This document shows positions 5,859 to 6,214 of a stretch of 6,214 nt of DNA, one piece after another. Position 1 is the first letter of the stretch; every line of letters starts with the position of its first letter. This DNA comes from a virus. Lineage: Duplodnaviria; Heunggongvirae; Uroviricota; Caudoviricetes. The stretch is from positions 1-6,214 of the IMG/VR virus record IMGVR_UViG_2690316115_000003; one strand, written 5' to 3'. The notes beneath the pieces are model-generated. The model ran no database searches and was not told where the DNA came from. It saw nothing but the letters and a program-made list of their open reading frames with translations. The position numbers were made by a program, and so were the translations under genes.

Positions 5859-5979
5859 TACCTGTAAACTTGGTGCAGTACAGTAAACACGCTGGTGGTC
5901 GTGAATACTGACTTTTTATCTTGCTGGCTTTTTAGACAAGAGTTATTGGTATGTCATGTTAACCAGAAGGGAAAAAGAC

Positions 5980-6177
5980 ATGCTAAAACAGCAAGATATG
6001 ACCGAAACCGCCAGAGTGGTGTTTAATGAATTGAGCGTCACCGAACCGGCGACAGTCGGGGAGATTGCGCAGAATACTTACCTTTCACGCGAACGCTGCC
6101 AGTTAATACTGACCCAGCTGGTTATGGCGGGTCTGGCAGACTATCAGTTCGGTTGTTACAGACGCCTTCCGCAGTGA
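5980..6177 (+). CDS. Small hypothetical protein (65 aa from ATG 5980; 73 aa from ATG 5956), helix-turn-helix/winged-helix-like
   Basis: Open frame 5956..6177. The second ATG (5980) is preferred because AAGGG lies 8 nt upstream. The segment TVGEIAQNTYLSRERCQLILTQLVMAGLADY has the look of a helix-turn-helix recognition region. G+C returns to about 50%. No family recognised. Confidence 0.45.
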   Translation: MLKQQDMTETARVVFNELSVTEPATVGEIAQNTYLSRERCQLILTQLVMAGLADYQFGCYRRLPQ

Positions 6178-6192
6178 AGGCTTTTTTATTTG
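6164..6192 (+). terminator. Rho-independent terminator overlapping the stop codon of the small HTH-like ORF
   Basis: GCCTTC (6164..6169) pairs with GAAGGC (6176..6181) as a 6-bp stem with loop CGCAGT, followed by TTTTTTATTTG. The TGA stop at 6175..6177 is inside the hairpin. Confidence 0.55.
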
Positions 6193-6214
6193 TGGTAAAT
6201 GGGCGGCTGGTGGG

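Noticed and set aside
5704-5955. tRNA or toxin cargo downstream of Q, as in Stx phages
   Set aside because: I found no T-arm-like GGTTCGAATCC motif or cloverleaf-compatible repeats, and no ORF resembling Stx subunits. This was a scan by eye only, so a tRNAscan run would be decisive.

Overview
This window reads as the replication-to-Q segment of a lambdoid prophage, with enterobacterial (E. coli-like) coding style, all genes on the + strand. All family names below come from reading the translations and recalling motifs; no database search was run. Left to right: (i) the terminal ~100 bp of an IS3-family insertion sequence (IS629/IS1203-like) on the minus strand; (ii) an O-like replication initiator whose linker region carries a 15-bp-period iteron array (putative origin); (iii) a 164-aa YfdN/PerC-like protein; (iv) a Dam-like N6-adenine methyltransferase; (v) a RusA Holliday-junction resolvase; (vi) a KilA-N domain protein; (vii) a DUF968-like protein with a C-terminal HNH-like Cys/His cluster; (viii) a short (123 aa) Q-type antiterminator. 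Immediately after Q the composition drops sharply (about 32% G+C in a hand-counted 60-nt sample versus about 53% upstream). This AT-rich block carries a single orphan 205-aa gene with a strong Shine-Dalgarno that can be sequestered in a 9-bp hairpin, followed by an extended -10-like element and a clean intrinsic terminator. That gene is the best candidate here for an undescribed accessory function (defence, toxin or lysogenic-conversion), but I cannot assign it to any family. A small winged-helix-like ORF with its own terminator closes the window. No tRNA, rRNA or CRISPR array was seen.
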